This document shows, piece by piece, positions 8,871 through 17,671 of a stretch of 64,000 nt of DNA. The translations under genes were made by a program, and so were the position numbers. This DNA is from Planctomycetia bacterium. GTDB taxonomy: Bacteria; Planctomycetota; Planctomycetia; Pirellulales; UBA1268. The stretch is from contig JAPLNR010000065.1 in assembly GCA_026401035.1 (NCBI GenBank), positions 3,969 through 67,968 on the forward strand, read 5' to 3'. Under the pieces are notes generated by a model. The model was not told the origin of the DNA. It was given only the letters and a program-made list of their open reading frames with translations, and searched no databases. Position 1 is the stretch's first letter. Every line of letters starts with the position of its first letter.

Positions 8871-10799
8871 ATGGCCCATCCTCCACGAGCAGGTGTACCA
8901 GTGCCAGGGCCGGCAGTTTCGTCGATAGAGTCTGCGGAGCAGGAGCCGGGGCAGGCAGTGTCGCCGGCCACCGATCCGCGGATCACGGAGGTACTCGCGA
9001 AGTGGTGGGGGTTCGACCAGCTGCGTCCATTGCAGTCGGAGGCGATTCAGTCGGCGCTCGACGGCCGGGATTCGCTCGTCGTCATGCCCACAGGGGGCGG
9101 CAAGAGCCTCTGCTACCAGTTGCCGCCGCTCGTGGGTGAATCGACCGACGTCGTGATCTCCCCGCTGGTCGCCCTCATGAAGGATCAGGTCGATGCGCTC
9201 GAGGCGATCGGCTATCCGGCGGCGGCGATCTATTCGGGTGTCTCCCAGGAGGAGCGGCAGCAGATCCGCGACCGGCTTGCGGCCGGCGAACTGCGGCTCC
9301 TGTTCACGGCGCCCGAGCGGCTCGTCAACACGGGGCTCCTCGATCTGCTCGCGCAGGTCGGCGTGAAGCGGTTCTCGATCGACGAGGCGCACTGCATCAG
9401 CCAGTGGGGGCACGACTTCCGGCCGGAATATCGACAACTGGCGCTGCTCCGCGACCGCTTTCCGGCGGCGAGCCTGCATGCCTTCACGGCCACTGCCACG
9501 CCCCGGGTGCGCGAAGACATCGCGTCGCAACTCAGATTGCGGTCCCCCGACGTGCTCGTCGGCACGTTCGACCGGCCGAACCTCTGCTACCGGGTCGTGC
9601 CGCGGACCGAGCGGATCCAACAGACGCTCGAGATCCTCGGCCGCCATGCCGGCGAGGCCTCGATCGTCTACTGCATCTCGCGGAAGGAGACGGAGCGGCT
9701 GGCCGCCCGGCTTGCCGCCGAGGGCTTGCTGGCCCGGCCTTACCATGCGGGGCTCGATCAAAAGGAACGGCACAAGACGCAGGAGGCGTTTGCCCGCGAG
9801 ACGATCGACGTGGTCGTGGCAACCGTCGCCTTCGGCATGGGGATCGACCGCTCCAACGTCCGTCTCGTGCTTCATACGTCGCTTCCCAAGAGCCTTGAGG
9901 CCTACCAGCAGGAGACGGGTCGGGCCGGCCGCGACGGGCTGGCCGCCGAATGCGTGCTCCTCTATTCGTCGGCCGACGTCTTCAGCTGGGAAGCGCTCGT
10001 GCGGAAGAGCGCCGAGGAATCGGACCTCGACGTCGACGAGATCGAGCGGCTGATCGCCGGCCAGACGGAGCACCTCCACGCCATCCGCCGTTACGCGCAG
10101 GCCACCCGGTGCCGGCATGCCGCGCTCTCGGAATATTTCGGGCAGGCCTACGGCACCGAGCCGTGCGGCGCCTGTGATGTCTGTCTCGGTGAGACGGAGA
10201 GCCTGCCAGATGCCACGGTGACGGCCCAGAAGATCATCTCCTGCGTGGCGCGAGTGGGAGAGCGGTTCGGCGTGCGGCACGTCTGCGAGGTGCTGCGGGG
10301 CGCGAAGACCGAGGGCATTCAGCGGCACGGCCACGATCGGCTCTCGACCTTCGGCCTGCTGGCCGCACTCGACCAGCGGGCGGCGGAGAATCTCACCCAC
10401 CAGCTGCTCGACCAGGGGCTGCTGGGCCGCAGCGGCGGCGATCGACCGGTGGTCATGCTCAACGAACGGTCGTGGGAGGTGCTCCGCGGCACGCGCACCG
10501 TGGTGTTGTCGGAGCCGCGCAGCGGCAAGGCGAAGGCGGCCAAGGCCGACGTCGACGACTGGAAGGGTGTCGACCGCGATCTCTTCGAGCGGCTGCGGAA
10601 GTGGCGCCGGCAGGTGGCGGAGGGCCGCGGCAAGCCGGCCTGGACGATCTTCGACGACAAGTCGCTCAGGGCCATCGCCCGGGAAAAGCCCACGTCGCCG
10701 GCGGCGCTGTTGCGGGTGAAGGGCATCGGTGAAAAGCGGCTCGCCGACTTCGGCGCCGCGATCCTCGACCTCGTGGCCGGGAAAGAGCCCGCAGAGTAA
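8871..10799 (+). CDS. recQ: ATP-dependent DNA helicase RecQ (with RQC and HRDC regions)
   Basis: FDQLRPLQSEAIQS, VVMPTGGGKSLCYQLP, DEAHCISQWGHDFRPEY, zinc-binding CRH..C..CDVC, C-terminal HRDC-like IFDDKSLRAIA...VKGIGEKRL. Confidence 0.9.
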   Translation: MAHPPRAGVPVPGPAVSSIESAEQEPGQAVSPATDPRITEVLAKWWGFDQLRPLQSEAIQSALDGRDSLVVMPTGGGKSLCYQLPPLVGESTDVVISPLVALMKDQVDALEAIGYPAAAIYSGVSQEERQQIRDRLAAGELRLLFTAPERLVNTGLLDLLAQVGVKRFSIDEAHCISQWGHDFRPEYRQLALLRDRFPAASLHAFTATATPRVREDIASQLRLRSPDVLVGTFDRPNLCYRVVPRTERIQQTLEILGRHAGEASIVYCISRKETERLAARLAAEGLLARPYHAGLDQKERHKTQEAFARETIDVVVATVAFGMGIDRSNVRLVLHTSLPKSLEAYQQETGRAGRDGLAAECVLLYSSADVFSWEALVRKSAEESDLDVDEIERLIAGQTEHLHAIRRYAQATRCRHAALSEYFGQAYGTEPCGACDVCLGETESLPDATVTAQKIISCVARVGERFGVRHVCEVLRGAKTEGIQRHGHDRLSTFGLLAALDQRAAENLTHQLLDQGLLGRSGGDRPVVMLNERSWEVLRGTRTVVLSEPRSGKAKAAKADVDDWKGVDRDLFERLRKWRRQVAEGRGKPAWTIFDDKSLRAIAREKPTSPAALLRVKGIGEKRLADFGAAILDLVAGKEPAE

Positions 10800-10817
10800 G
10801 CCGTCGCAGTACGCTTG

Positions 10818-10973
10818 ACGCGCCCAACCGGCCCGGGGCTGCCTGTACCTTCTCGGCGGACGTTCGCTACGGACATCCTGTCCTTCGCTCACTGCATGTC
10901 CGCTTCGCTTCGGCATCCTGCCTGCGCTCGCTTCCATAGCCCGCCGAGAAGGTACAGGCAGCCCCGTGCCTCC
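10818..10973 (+). repeat. Family A hairpin repeat, copy A2
   Basis: Perfect 25-bp inverted arms ggggctgcctgtaccttctcggcgg (10835-10859) and ccgccgagaaggtacaggcagcccc (10941-10965) flank the family A core. Confidence 0.8.
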
Positions 10974-10998
10974 CCGCTTTCGGCATAAAACCGCTGAT

Positions 10999-11153
10999 GG
11001 AGGCTTCGGGTGACCCGCGCCACGGGAGCCGGCGTTGCTGACAAGCGCAGCCAGGATGGCGGAGCGCAGTCAGCATCGAGTGAGCGCAGGGCAGGATGCC
11101 CGTAGCGAACGTCCGGCGACCGGGCGTGGGTGGCCCGAAGCCGGGTTGAGCGA
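10999..11153 (-). repeat. Family A hairpin repeat, copy A3 (inverted relative to A2)
   Basis: The reverse complement aligns almost base-for-base with A1, including caacccggcttcggg and the full core. Confidence 0.8.
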
Positions 11154-11162
11154 GTTGGGGTG

Positions 11163-12287
11163 TCACATGCCGAGGACGCGCCGGACGAGCGCGGGATCGA
11201 CACCGTCGACGAGTTCGACGTGGCCGATCCGGCTCGGCAGCACGAATCGCAGCCGGCCGCCGAGCGTCTTCTTGTCGCGGGCCATGATCGCCAGCAGCTC
11301 ATCGGCCGTGGCCGGCTTCGCCAGTTGGCCGTAGGCCGCGACAGTCGCGGGTAGTTCGAGCGCCGTGAGCAGTTGCTGCTGCCGGCTGACGATGTCGGGG
11401 CCGATCCGGCCGAGGCTCTCGGCAAGCTGGGCCGCGGCCGCCATGCCGATCGCCACGGCCTCGCCGTGCAGGAGCGTGCCGTAGCCGGCCGCCGTCTCGA
11501 AGGCGTGACCGAAGGTGTGGCCATAATTGAGCACGGCCCGCAGGCCGGTGCGCTCGTGCTCGTCGCGCTCCACGACATGGGCCTTGAGCGCGGCCGACCG
11601 TTCGACCACGTGCACGAGCGCCGTGGCGTCGCGGGTCAGGATGCGGGCGGCATGTGCCTCCAGCCAGTGGAAGAACTCGGCGTCGAGGATCATGCCGTAC
11701 TTCACGACCTCGGCCAGGCCGCTCGTGAACTCCCGCCGCGGCAGCGTGGCGAGCGCGTCGATGTCGGCGAACACGCCGCGGGGCTGCCAGAACGCGCCGA
11801 CGAGGTTCTTTCCGGCGGTGAGATTGATCCCTGTCTTGCCGCCGATGGCGCTATCCACCTGCGCGACGAGCGTGGTCGGCACCTGCCAGACGGGCAGGCC
11901 GCGGACAAACGTGGCCGCGACGAATCCGGCCAGATCTCCCACCACGCCCCCACCCACGGCGACGATGTGCGTGCCGCGGTCGACTGCCAGCCGCGCCAGT
12001 TCGCCCCAGAGGCGGCCGGCTTCGGCGACCGACTTGGAAGCCTCGCCGGCGGGCACCGCGAGCACGGCCGCGTCGATGCTGGCGGCGCCAAGAACAGCCG
12101 CCACGCGGGCCGCGTGTGGCTCCACGATGGCGGAGTCGGCGATCACGACGGCGCGTCGGGCTCCGGCGGACCGCAACGCCGCGCCGATCGAGTCCATGGC
12201 GCCGGCACCGATCACGATGTCGTAGGACCGGTCGGAAGTCGGGGTCGCGTCGCCGGGAAGGCTGACGCGAATCGTGCGGTGCGACAC
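11163..12287 (-). CDS. aroB: 3-dehydroquinate synthase
   Basis: GGGVVGDLAGFVAATFVRGL, PTTLVAQVDSAIGGKTGIN, NYGHTFGHAFE. A GTG start sits 2 nt after the upstream stop. Confidence 0.9.
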   Translation of the reverse strand: MSHRTIRVSLPGDATPTSDRSYDIVIGAGAMDSIGAALRSAGARRAVVIADSAIVEPHAARVAAVLGAASIDAAVLAVPAGEASKSVAEAGRLWGELARLAVDRGTHIVAVGGGVVGDLAGFVAATFVRGLPVWQVPTTLVAQVDSAIGGKTGINLTAGKNLVGAFWQPRGVFADIDALATLPRREFTSGLAEVVKYGMILDAEFFHWLEAHAARILTRDATALVHVVERSAALKAHVVERDEHERTGLRAVLNYGHTFGHAFETAAGYGTLLHGEAVAIGMAAAAQLAESLGRIGPDIVSRQQQLLTALELPATVAAYGQLAKPATADELLAIMARDKKTLGGRLRFVLPSRIGHVELVDGVDPALVRRVLGM

Positions 12288-12289
12288 GG

Positions 12290-12517
12290 TCAGGCGACGC
12301 TCACGCGCTCGAGGTCGACGGGCGTGACGGTGATCACGCGGGCGAAGCCGGTGTGCTGGCGGACATAGTCGAGTTCCGCCGCCTCGCCCGGGCTCGCGTG
12401 GAGCAGGGCTTCGACACGGTGCTTGTCTTTTTGCGACCAATCCTCGTATTCGTTCGGCCAGATCGTGTGGTGCTCCACGACGAGTGCTTCACGGTAGGGA
12501 TCCAGGGCGTTTGGCAT
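12290..12517 (-). CDS. hypothetical small protein (75 aa), apparently co-transcribed with aroB
   Basis: ATG preceded by an aggag-like motif. High third-position GC. Stop lies 2 nt before the aroB GTG. No family recognised. Confidence 0.5.
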   Translation of the reverse strand: MPNALDPYREALVVEHHTIWPNEYEDWSQKDKHRVEALLHASPGEAAELDYVRQHTGFARVITVTPVDLERVSVA

Positions 12518-12547
12518 CCGCACAACTCCTGCTGGCTCGAAAACACG

Positions 12548-12563
12548 GCCATCGATCGATGGC
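12548..12563. promoter_or_regulatory. perfect 16-bp palindrome gccatcgatcgatggc in a divergent intergenic region (candidate operator)
   Basis: Self-complementary 16-mer lying between the divergent starts at 12517 (-) and 12631 (+). Confidence 0.3.
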
Positions 12564-12630
12564 GGCAAGTTGGTAGACACACAGTATACATAGCGTTTGG
12601 ATCGACCGCCCCTCCCCCTGGAGACAGCCC

Positions 12631-13173
12631 ATGCCGTCCGGTAGCCAAGCCCCGCACGCACCTCCGGCCGCCACCGCCGTCGGCACGCGACTCGTCATCG
12701 GGCTGGTCCTGCTGGGGATTGCGGCCGCCGCCACCGGCATCTGGTATCAGCGGGGGCAGACGCGGCGCTGCCTCGCCTTCTATGGTGCCGACGCCGCCCG
12801 GCGGATCACTGCCGCGCCGCGGGTGGAACTTTTGCAGATTGCGGCGACGGCTGCCCCCGGACGGCTCAGGACCGTCGGCAGCCGGGAGATCACCACCGCG
12901 AAGGGGCTCGTGCACCTGCGCCGCGGCCTGGTCGAGGATGCGAATTTCAAATGGGACGACGAGGCCGACGGGGCTCCGTCCGTCCGACTGCCCGCCGAGG
13001 CCTGGGATTTCGCGCTTGTGTTCTCCGATCCGGCCGCGGGCGCCGGTGCCACGACGACGCTGGTCGTCGACTTCGATGATCGTGGCGGACATGTTGCCGT
13101 CGTGGGCCGTCCCGGTCGCATCGGCCTCGGCCGTCTCGAGCGCGGGCTGAAGAAGTGGGTCGGGGCGGAATAG
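12631..13173 (+). CDS. hypothetical membrane-anchored protein (180 aa, one N-terminal TM helix)
   Basis: The hydrophobic stretch LVIGLVLLGIAAAATGIW follows a Pro/Ala-rich N-terminus. Coding-like codon bias. No family recognised. Confidence 0.5.
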   Translation: MPSGSQAPHAPPAATAVGTRLVIGLVLLGIAAAATGIWYQRGQTRRCLAFYGADAARRITAAPRVELLQIAATAAPGRLRTVGSREITTAKGLVHLRRGLVEDANFKWDDEADGAPSVRLPAEAWDFALVFSDPAAGAGATTTLVVDFDDRGGHVAVVGRPGRIGLGRLERGLKKWVGAE

Positions 13174-13261
13174 GCCGGGAAAACCGGGCTTTTGGCAGGT
13201 GCGCCGGGAGCCTATCCTCCCGCTCTTGCGGACCGGAAGTCCGCGAGAGCGAGGCCCATTC

Positions 13262-14131
13262 ATGCGTTCCATCGCCGTGGCGAATCAAAAAGGTGGCGTC
13301 GGCAAGACGACCACATCGGTGAACCTGGCCGTGGGGCTGGCGCGGGCGGGCCGGAAGGTCTGTCTCGTCGATCTCGATCCGCAGGCGCATGCCACGCTGC
13401 ATGTCGGCGTGGCGGCCGGGGCCAATTCCATCTCGGCCTATGACGTGCTCGTGTCGGGGCAGCCGCTGGCGGCCGCCTGCGTTCCCGCTGGCGAGAACCT
13501 CTGCGTGGTGCCGTCGCACATCGACCTGTCGGCCGTGGAGGTTTCGCTCACGTCCCGGGCGGGCCGCGAGGCGATCCTCAAGACCCGGATCGAGGCCGAT
13601 CCGCGGTGCACGGGCACGGCACCGGACGGCGAGAATTTCGACTACATGGTGATCGATTGCCCGCCGTCGCTGGGACTGTTGTCGCTCAATGCGATGGCGG
13701 CCGTCGACGAGGTGCTGTTGCCGCTCCAGCCGCACTTTCTCGCATTGCACGGCCTGAGCAAATTGCTGGAAACCATCGAACTGGTCGCCGAGCATGTGAA
13801 TCCCCGACTCAAATTGCTCGGCGTCGTGCTCTGCATGTATGAGGCGGGCACGCGGCTGGCCGGCGAAGTGGGTCGAGACGTGCAGGGCTTTTTCGCGTCG
13901 TCGGCGGAACATCATCCGGCCTGGGCCCAGGCCCGGGTGTTCGATGCAAAGATCCGCCGCAACATCCGTCTGGCCGAGGCGCCGAGTTTCGGACAGTCGA
14001 TCTTCGACTACGCACCCGATTCCAACGGCGCGGAAGACTATGCCGCCCTGGCTGCTGAGGTCGATCAGGCCGCGGCCGTCTTGCGGGCCGGAGTTCCGGC
14101 CAGCGGGGCGATCCCCCAGCGGGTGGCCTGA
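13262..14131 (+). CDS. parA: ParA/Soj-family ATPase (no adjacent parB)
   Basis: Deviant Walker A VANQKGGVGKTTTSVNLA, LVDLDPQ, YMVIDCPPSLG, and the C-terminal motif RRNIRLAEAPSFGQSIFDY. Confidence 0.85.
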   Translation: MRSIAVANQKGGVGKTTTSVNLAVGLARAGRKVCLVDLDPQAHATLHVGVAAGANSISAYDVLVSGQPLAAACVPAGENLCVVPSHIDLSAVEVSLTSRAGREAILKTRIEADPRCTGTAPDGENFDYMVIDCPPSLGLLSLNAMAAVDEVLLPLQPHFLALHGLSKLLETIELVAEHVNPRLKLLGVVLCMYEAGTRLAGEVGRDVQGFFASSAEHHPAWAQARVFDAKIRRNIRLAEAPSFGQSIFDYAPDSNGAEDYAALAAEVDQAAAVLRAGVPASGAIPQRVA

Positions 14132-14394
14132 CCACGATCGGCGCGGACCGCGTCGGCGAGTCGGCCCTGGAGCGATCCCATGCTGCCGTCCGCGGCGCTG
14201 TCGGGACCATAAAGTTCCGGCATCCACCAGTAGTTCGAGGCGCAGGTGTCGATGCCGGCCAACAACCCAATGCCGTCGAAGTCTTCCGCCGATACGAACA
14301 GGCTCTCCTGGAAACCGATGGAGAATCCTGACTCCGCGGATTCTCCGGCGGGTGCGCTGCATCGAGGCGGGTTGAGCCGGCTCTTTTCAAGCAT
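14065..14394 (-). CDS. candidate hypothetical protein (109 aa), convergent with and overlapping the parA 3' end by 67 nt
   Basis: GC3-rich codon usage like neighbouring genes. Its start faces a ~270-bp AT-richer region shared with the divergent gene at 14668. No homology recognised. Confidence 0.3.
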   Translation of the reverse strand: MLEKSRLNPPRCSAPAGESAESGFSIGFQESLFVSAEDFDGIGLLAGIDTCASNYWWMPELYGPDSAADGSMGSLQGRLADAVRADRGQATRWGIAPLAGTPARKTAAA

Positions 14395-14667
14395 CGTGAT
14401 CGATAGCCTTTGCTGGCGGCGAAACAGTTTTGGAAACAAGGTGCGAAAACAAAGGGCCGCGGAGTGTCTTTCGGACGTCCGTGGACGCGTAGACCAATTT
14501 CGATGGAATTCCTCGCTCGACAGGGAAAGTCTTGCTTGGGCAATGTGGGAAATCAAGGAAGTCTGGGTTGACTTTGGCGCTTTTGGCGAATTTCGCTGAA
14601 AAGTCCTGTTTTTCGTATGTTGAAGCCGAGAAGCAGGTTGCAGCCGTTACTTGTCCAGGAGCAGCGC

Positions 14668-16359
14668 ATGGCCCTTAGGCCGGTTCGTTCGTGCGGGTGG
14701 TTGGCGCTGGCCGCGTTCGCGGGGCTGGCCGGAGGTCGCAGCCCGGCCCTGGCCGCAGATCCCGACGGGTTTCGTCGGCTGACCCCCGGCGTGCTCACCG
14801 TCATCCCGGCCGACACGTCGGCCGACGACACGATGCAGCGGGGCGACATCCTCGAGATCACCCGCGGCCGCACCGATCGGGAATGGACACCGAAGCGGGA
14901 TTCAATTCGTGGCACGCTCGTTGAGCAGGCGAAGAACCGCACCTATCCGCGGGATGTCTGGTGTCTCGAGTTTGCGTTCAAGCCACCGCGGATGATCGAC
15001 GTCGACCTGCCGGCGCCCGAATTGAAGATGCGGCGGAAACGGCTCTGGTATCTGCTCTATCGGGTGAAGAATGTCGGCGGTCGTCGCACCGTCGCGTCCA
15101 AGGATGACCCCAATCAATTCACGCGGGAGGAGTTCGAGGCACCGATCCGATTCCTGCCCCACTTCGTGCTCGAGAGCGTCGAGGGGCTGTCGACGGTTGA
15201 AGGGGCGGTGGACTATCGCGGCTACCTCGACCGCGTGGTACCGACGGCCATCGAGCCGATCCGCAGCCGCGAGGGAATCCCTGGCCGGCTGCATGACAGC
15301 GCGAGCATGGTGGAAACGGAGATCGCGCCGGGAGAAGAACGGTGGGGCGTGGCCGTCTGGGAGGACGTCGATCCGCGGATCGATTATTTCTCGGTTTTCG
15401 TGCGGGGCCTCACCAACGCGATCCGCTGGCGTCTGAATGAAAATGCCGCCTTCGCGGTCGACGATCCGCCCGGCCTCGGCACCGACCATGCCCTTGAGAG
15501 CCTGCGGCTCGATTTCTGGCGGCCGGGTGACGAGCACGATGCGATCGAGGGGGAGGTGCGGATCGGACATGCCGGCCTGCTCGAACGCATGGCCATCGGC
15601 GTGCGGGTGCTGGAGGCGCTCGGCAGGCCGCGGCTGACGAAGGCGGAGCCGACCGCGGGGCTCGCCCAGCTCGGCCTTTCGTGGCGGGATCTGCTCGACC
15701 CAATGACGGCTGACCGGGAGGCCAATGCGATCGATCGCGATCTGGCCCCGAGCCTCGCGCCGCTCCAGAAAGTCATCGCCCGGCTGGCGGCCATCAACGA
15801 ACCCACCGCCCGCGGCCCCGTCGTCAAAGACCTGTTTGGCGACATGGGCATCGAGTGGATCGAGGATCTGTCCCGTGGACTCGCGGGGCCGACCGATCCG
15901 GAGCGGACGACGGCGCGAAACGATGCGCTATCCCGCCTCGGGGTCGCGGCCGACGACCTCGCCGCCAAGCCGCTCGAGAGCCTTGCCAAGATTCTGGGGG
16001 GGGTCGGGAAAATCCGCAGTGCCACCCTCCGCGATGCCGAACTCCAACCGCTCTTCGGGCCGGCCGCCGGGCGGGTGGACACGCTCGTCCGGGAGCTGGC
16101 GACGGCCCGCGCGATCGCCCTGCTCGACGACCTGTCCCTCGACCGCCCGCAGCTGACCGCAGGCGGACCCCGCGGGGCTTTCGATGCCATCCATGACCTG
16201 GTGGAATCGGAGCCCGATGCGGGCAAACGAACCCGCCTGCTCGACGGCCTGCTGGGCCCCGAGGGGCCTCTGCTCTATGCCGCGGCCACGGCCGTTCACG
16301 AGGGCATTGACCACGCCTGGGTTTTCCGATACGAAATTGATGCTGAAAACACGCACTAA
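14668..16359 (+). CDS. hypothetical secreted protein (563 aa)
   Basis: ATG is preceded by caggag. Signal-peptide-like start [26 protein letters not shown]. Long uninterrupted ORF with coding bias. No family recognised. Confidence 0.65.
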   Translation: MALRPVRSCGWLALAAFAGLAGGRSPALAADPDGFRRLTPGVLTVIPADTSADDTMQRGDILEITRGRTDREWTPKRDSIRGTLVEQAKNRTYPRDVWCLEFAFKPPRMIDVDLPAPELKMRRKRLWYLLYRVKNVGGRRTVASKDDPNQFTREEFEAPIRFLPHFVLESVEGLSTVEGAVDYRGYLDRVVPTAIEPIRSREGIPGRLHDSASMVETEIAPGEERWGVAVWEDVDPRIDYFSVFVRGLTNAIRWRLNENAAFAVDDPPGLGTDHALESLRLDFWRPGDEHDAIEGEVRIGHAGLLERMAIGVRVLEALGRPRLTKAEPTAGLAQLGLSWRDLLDPMTADREANAIDRDLAPSLAPLQKVIARLAAINEPTARGPVVKDLFGDMGIEWIEDLSRGLAGPTDPERTTARNDALSRLGVAADDLAAKPLESLAKILGGVGKIRSATLRDAELQPLFGPAAGRVDTLVRELATARAIALLDDLSLDRPQLTAGGPRGAFDAIHDLVESEPDAGKRTRLLDGLLGPEGPLLYAAATAVHEGIDHAWVFRYEIDAENTH

Positions 16360-16382
16360 CCCTCCGCCCGGGAGTCGCCGTC

Positions 16383-16625
16383 ATGGCACATAAAAAAGGT
16401 CAGGGATCCAGCCGCAACGGTCGTGACTCCAACGCCCAGAGGCGTGGTGTGAAGAAATTTGGCGGTCAGGGCGTTCGCGCCGGCAACATCCTCGTTCGTC
16501 AGGTGGGCACGAAGTTTCGCCCCGGCCGGAACGTCGGCATGGGAACCGATTACACGCTGTTCGCCCTCGTCGACGGTGTTGTTGGATTTGACCAGGAAGG
16601 CCGTCGCGTCAACGTTCTTTCGTGA
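16383..16625 (+). CDS. rpmA: 50S ribosomal protein L27
   Basis: [53 protein letters not shown]. Confidence 0.95.
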   Translation: MAHKKGQGSSRNGRDSNAQRRGVKKFGGQGVRAGNILVRQVGTKFRPGRNVGMGTDYTLFALVDGVVGFDQEGRRVNVLS

Positions 16626-16663
16626 ACGTTTCCCGGCAGACGCGCGAAAGCCAGGCTTAGAAC

Positions 16664-17671
16664 GTGTTCGTTGACCGCGTGCATATCGAAGTGGCGGCGG
16701 GCAACGGCGGCCGCGGCAGTTCCAGTTTTCGGCGCGAGAAATATGTTCCGTTCGGCGGTCCCGATGGCGGTGACGGTGGTGACGGCGGCAGCGTGATTCT
16801 CAAGGCCCAGGCTGGCGTCGATTCGCTGGCCGCTCTTTCCCACCGCATGCAGTGGCGGGCTCCGCATGGCCAGCCGGGCGGCCCGTGCAACTGTCATGGC
16901 CGCGCGGCGGAAGACGTCGTGCTGCTCGTGCCTCCCGGCACGATGGTGATCGACGAGTTGACGGGCCTCGTTCTCAAGGATCTCGCGACGCCGGGAGAAT
17001 CGGTCGTCGCCGCGCGGGGCGGGGCGGGGGGCAACGGCAACCTGCACTTCAAGACGTCGACCAACCGCGCGCCCCGCGAATTTGGGCCGGGGGAGAAGGG
17101 GCAGGTGCGTCGGCTCCTGCTCGAACTCAAGGTGATCGCCGACGTGGGCCTGGTCGGCAAGCCGAACGCGGGCAAGAGCACGCTGCTCTCGCGGCTTTCC
17201 CGCGCCCGACCGCAGATCGCCGACTACGCCTTCACCACCAAAACGCCGATGCTCGGGATCGTGTCCGTGAACCGTGATCGGAGCTTCGTGCTGGCCGACC
17301 TGCCGGGATTGATCGAGGGAGCCCACGCGGGCATCGGCCTGGGGCACGAATTCCTGCGACATGTGGAGCGGGCCGGGATCATTCTGCACGTGGTCGAGCC
17401 GCAGCCCGTCGACGGCAGCGATCCGCTGGCAAACTACCGGGCCATTCGCGAGGAACTCAGGCTGCACGACGCCACCCTGGGAGAGCGGCCGGAGATCGTC
17501 GTCGTGAGCAAATGCGAACTGCCCGAGGCGGATGACGTGCGGGCGCGGCTGGCGGCAGAAACCGGCCGCAATGTGATCGCCATCAGTGCGGTGACGGGGC
17601 AGGGGCTCGACAAGCTCCTGCATGCCGTCACTGCCGAGTTGGACCGGCTGCAAGCTGAGGCGCCGGCATGA
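16664..17671 (+). CDS. obg: GTPase Obg/CgtA
   Basis: MFVDRV.I.V.AGNGG.G..SFRREK..P.GGPDGGDGGDGG, GKPNAGKST, DLPGLIEGA. Confidence 0.95.
   Translation: MFVDRVHIEVAAGNGGRGSSSFRREKYVPFGGPDGGDGGDGGSVILKAQAGVDSLAALSHRMQWRAPHGQPGGPCNCHGRAAEDVVLLVPPGTMVIDELTGLVLKDLATPGESVVAARGGAGGNGNLHFKTSTNRAPREFGPGEKGQVRRLLLELKVIADVGLVGKPNAGKSTLLSRLSRARPQIADYAFTTKTPMLGIVSVNRDRSFVLADLPGLIEGAHAGIGLGHEFLRHVERAGIILHVVEPQPVDGSDPLANYRAIREELRLHDATLGERPEIVVVSKCELPEADDVRARLAAETGRNVIAISAVTGQGLDKLLHAVTAELDRLQAEAPA

Noticed and set aside
14246-14599. 117-aa plus-strand ORF in the parA-downstream spacer
   Set aside because: Low-complexity, AT-richer sequence with poor codon bias. It overlaps the more coding-like minus-strand candidate and the putative promoter region.
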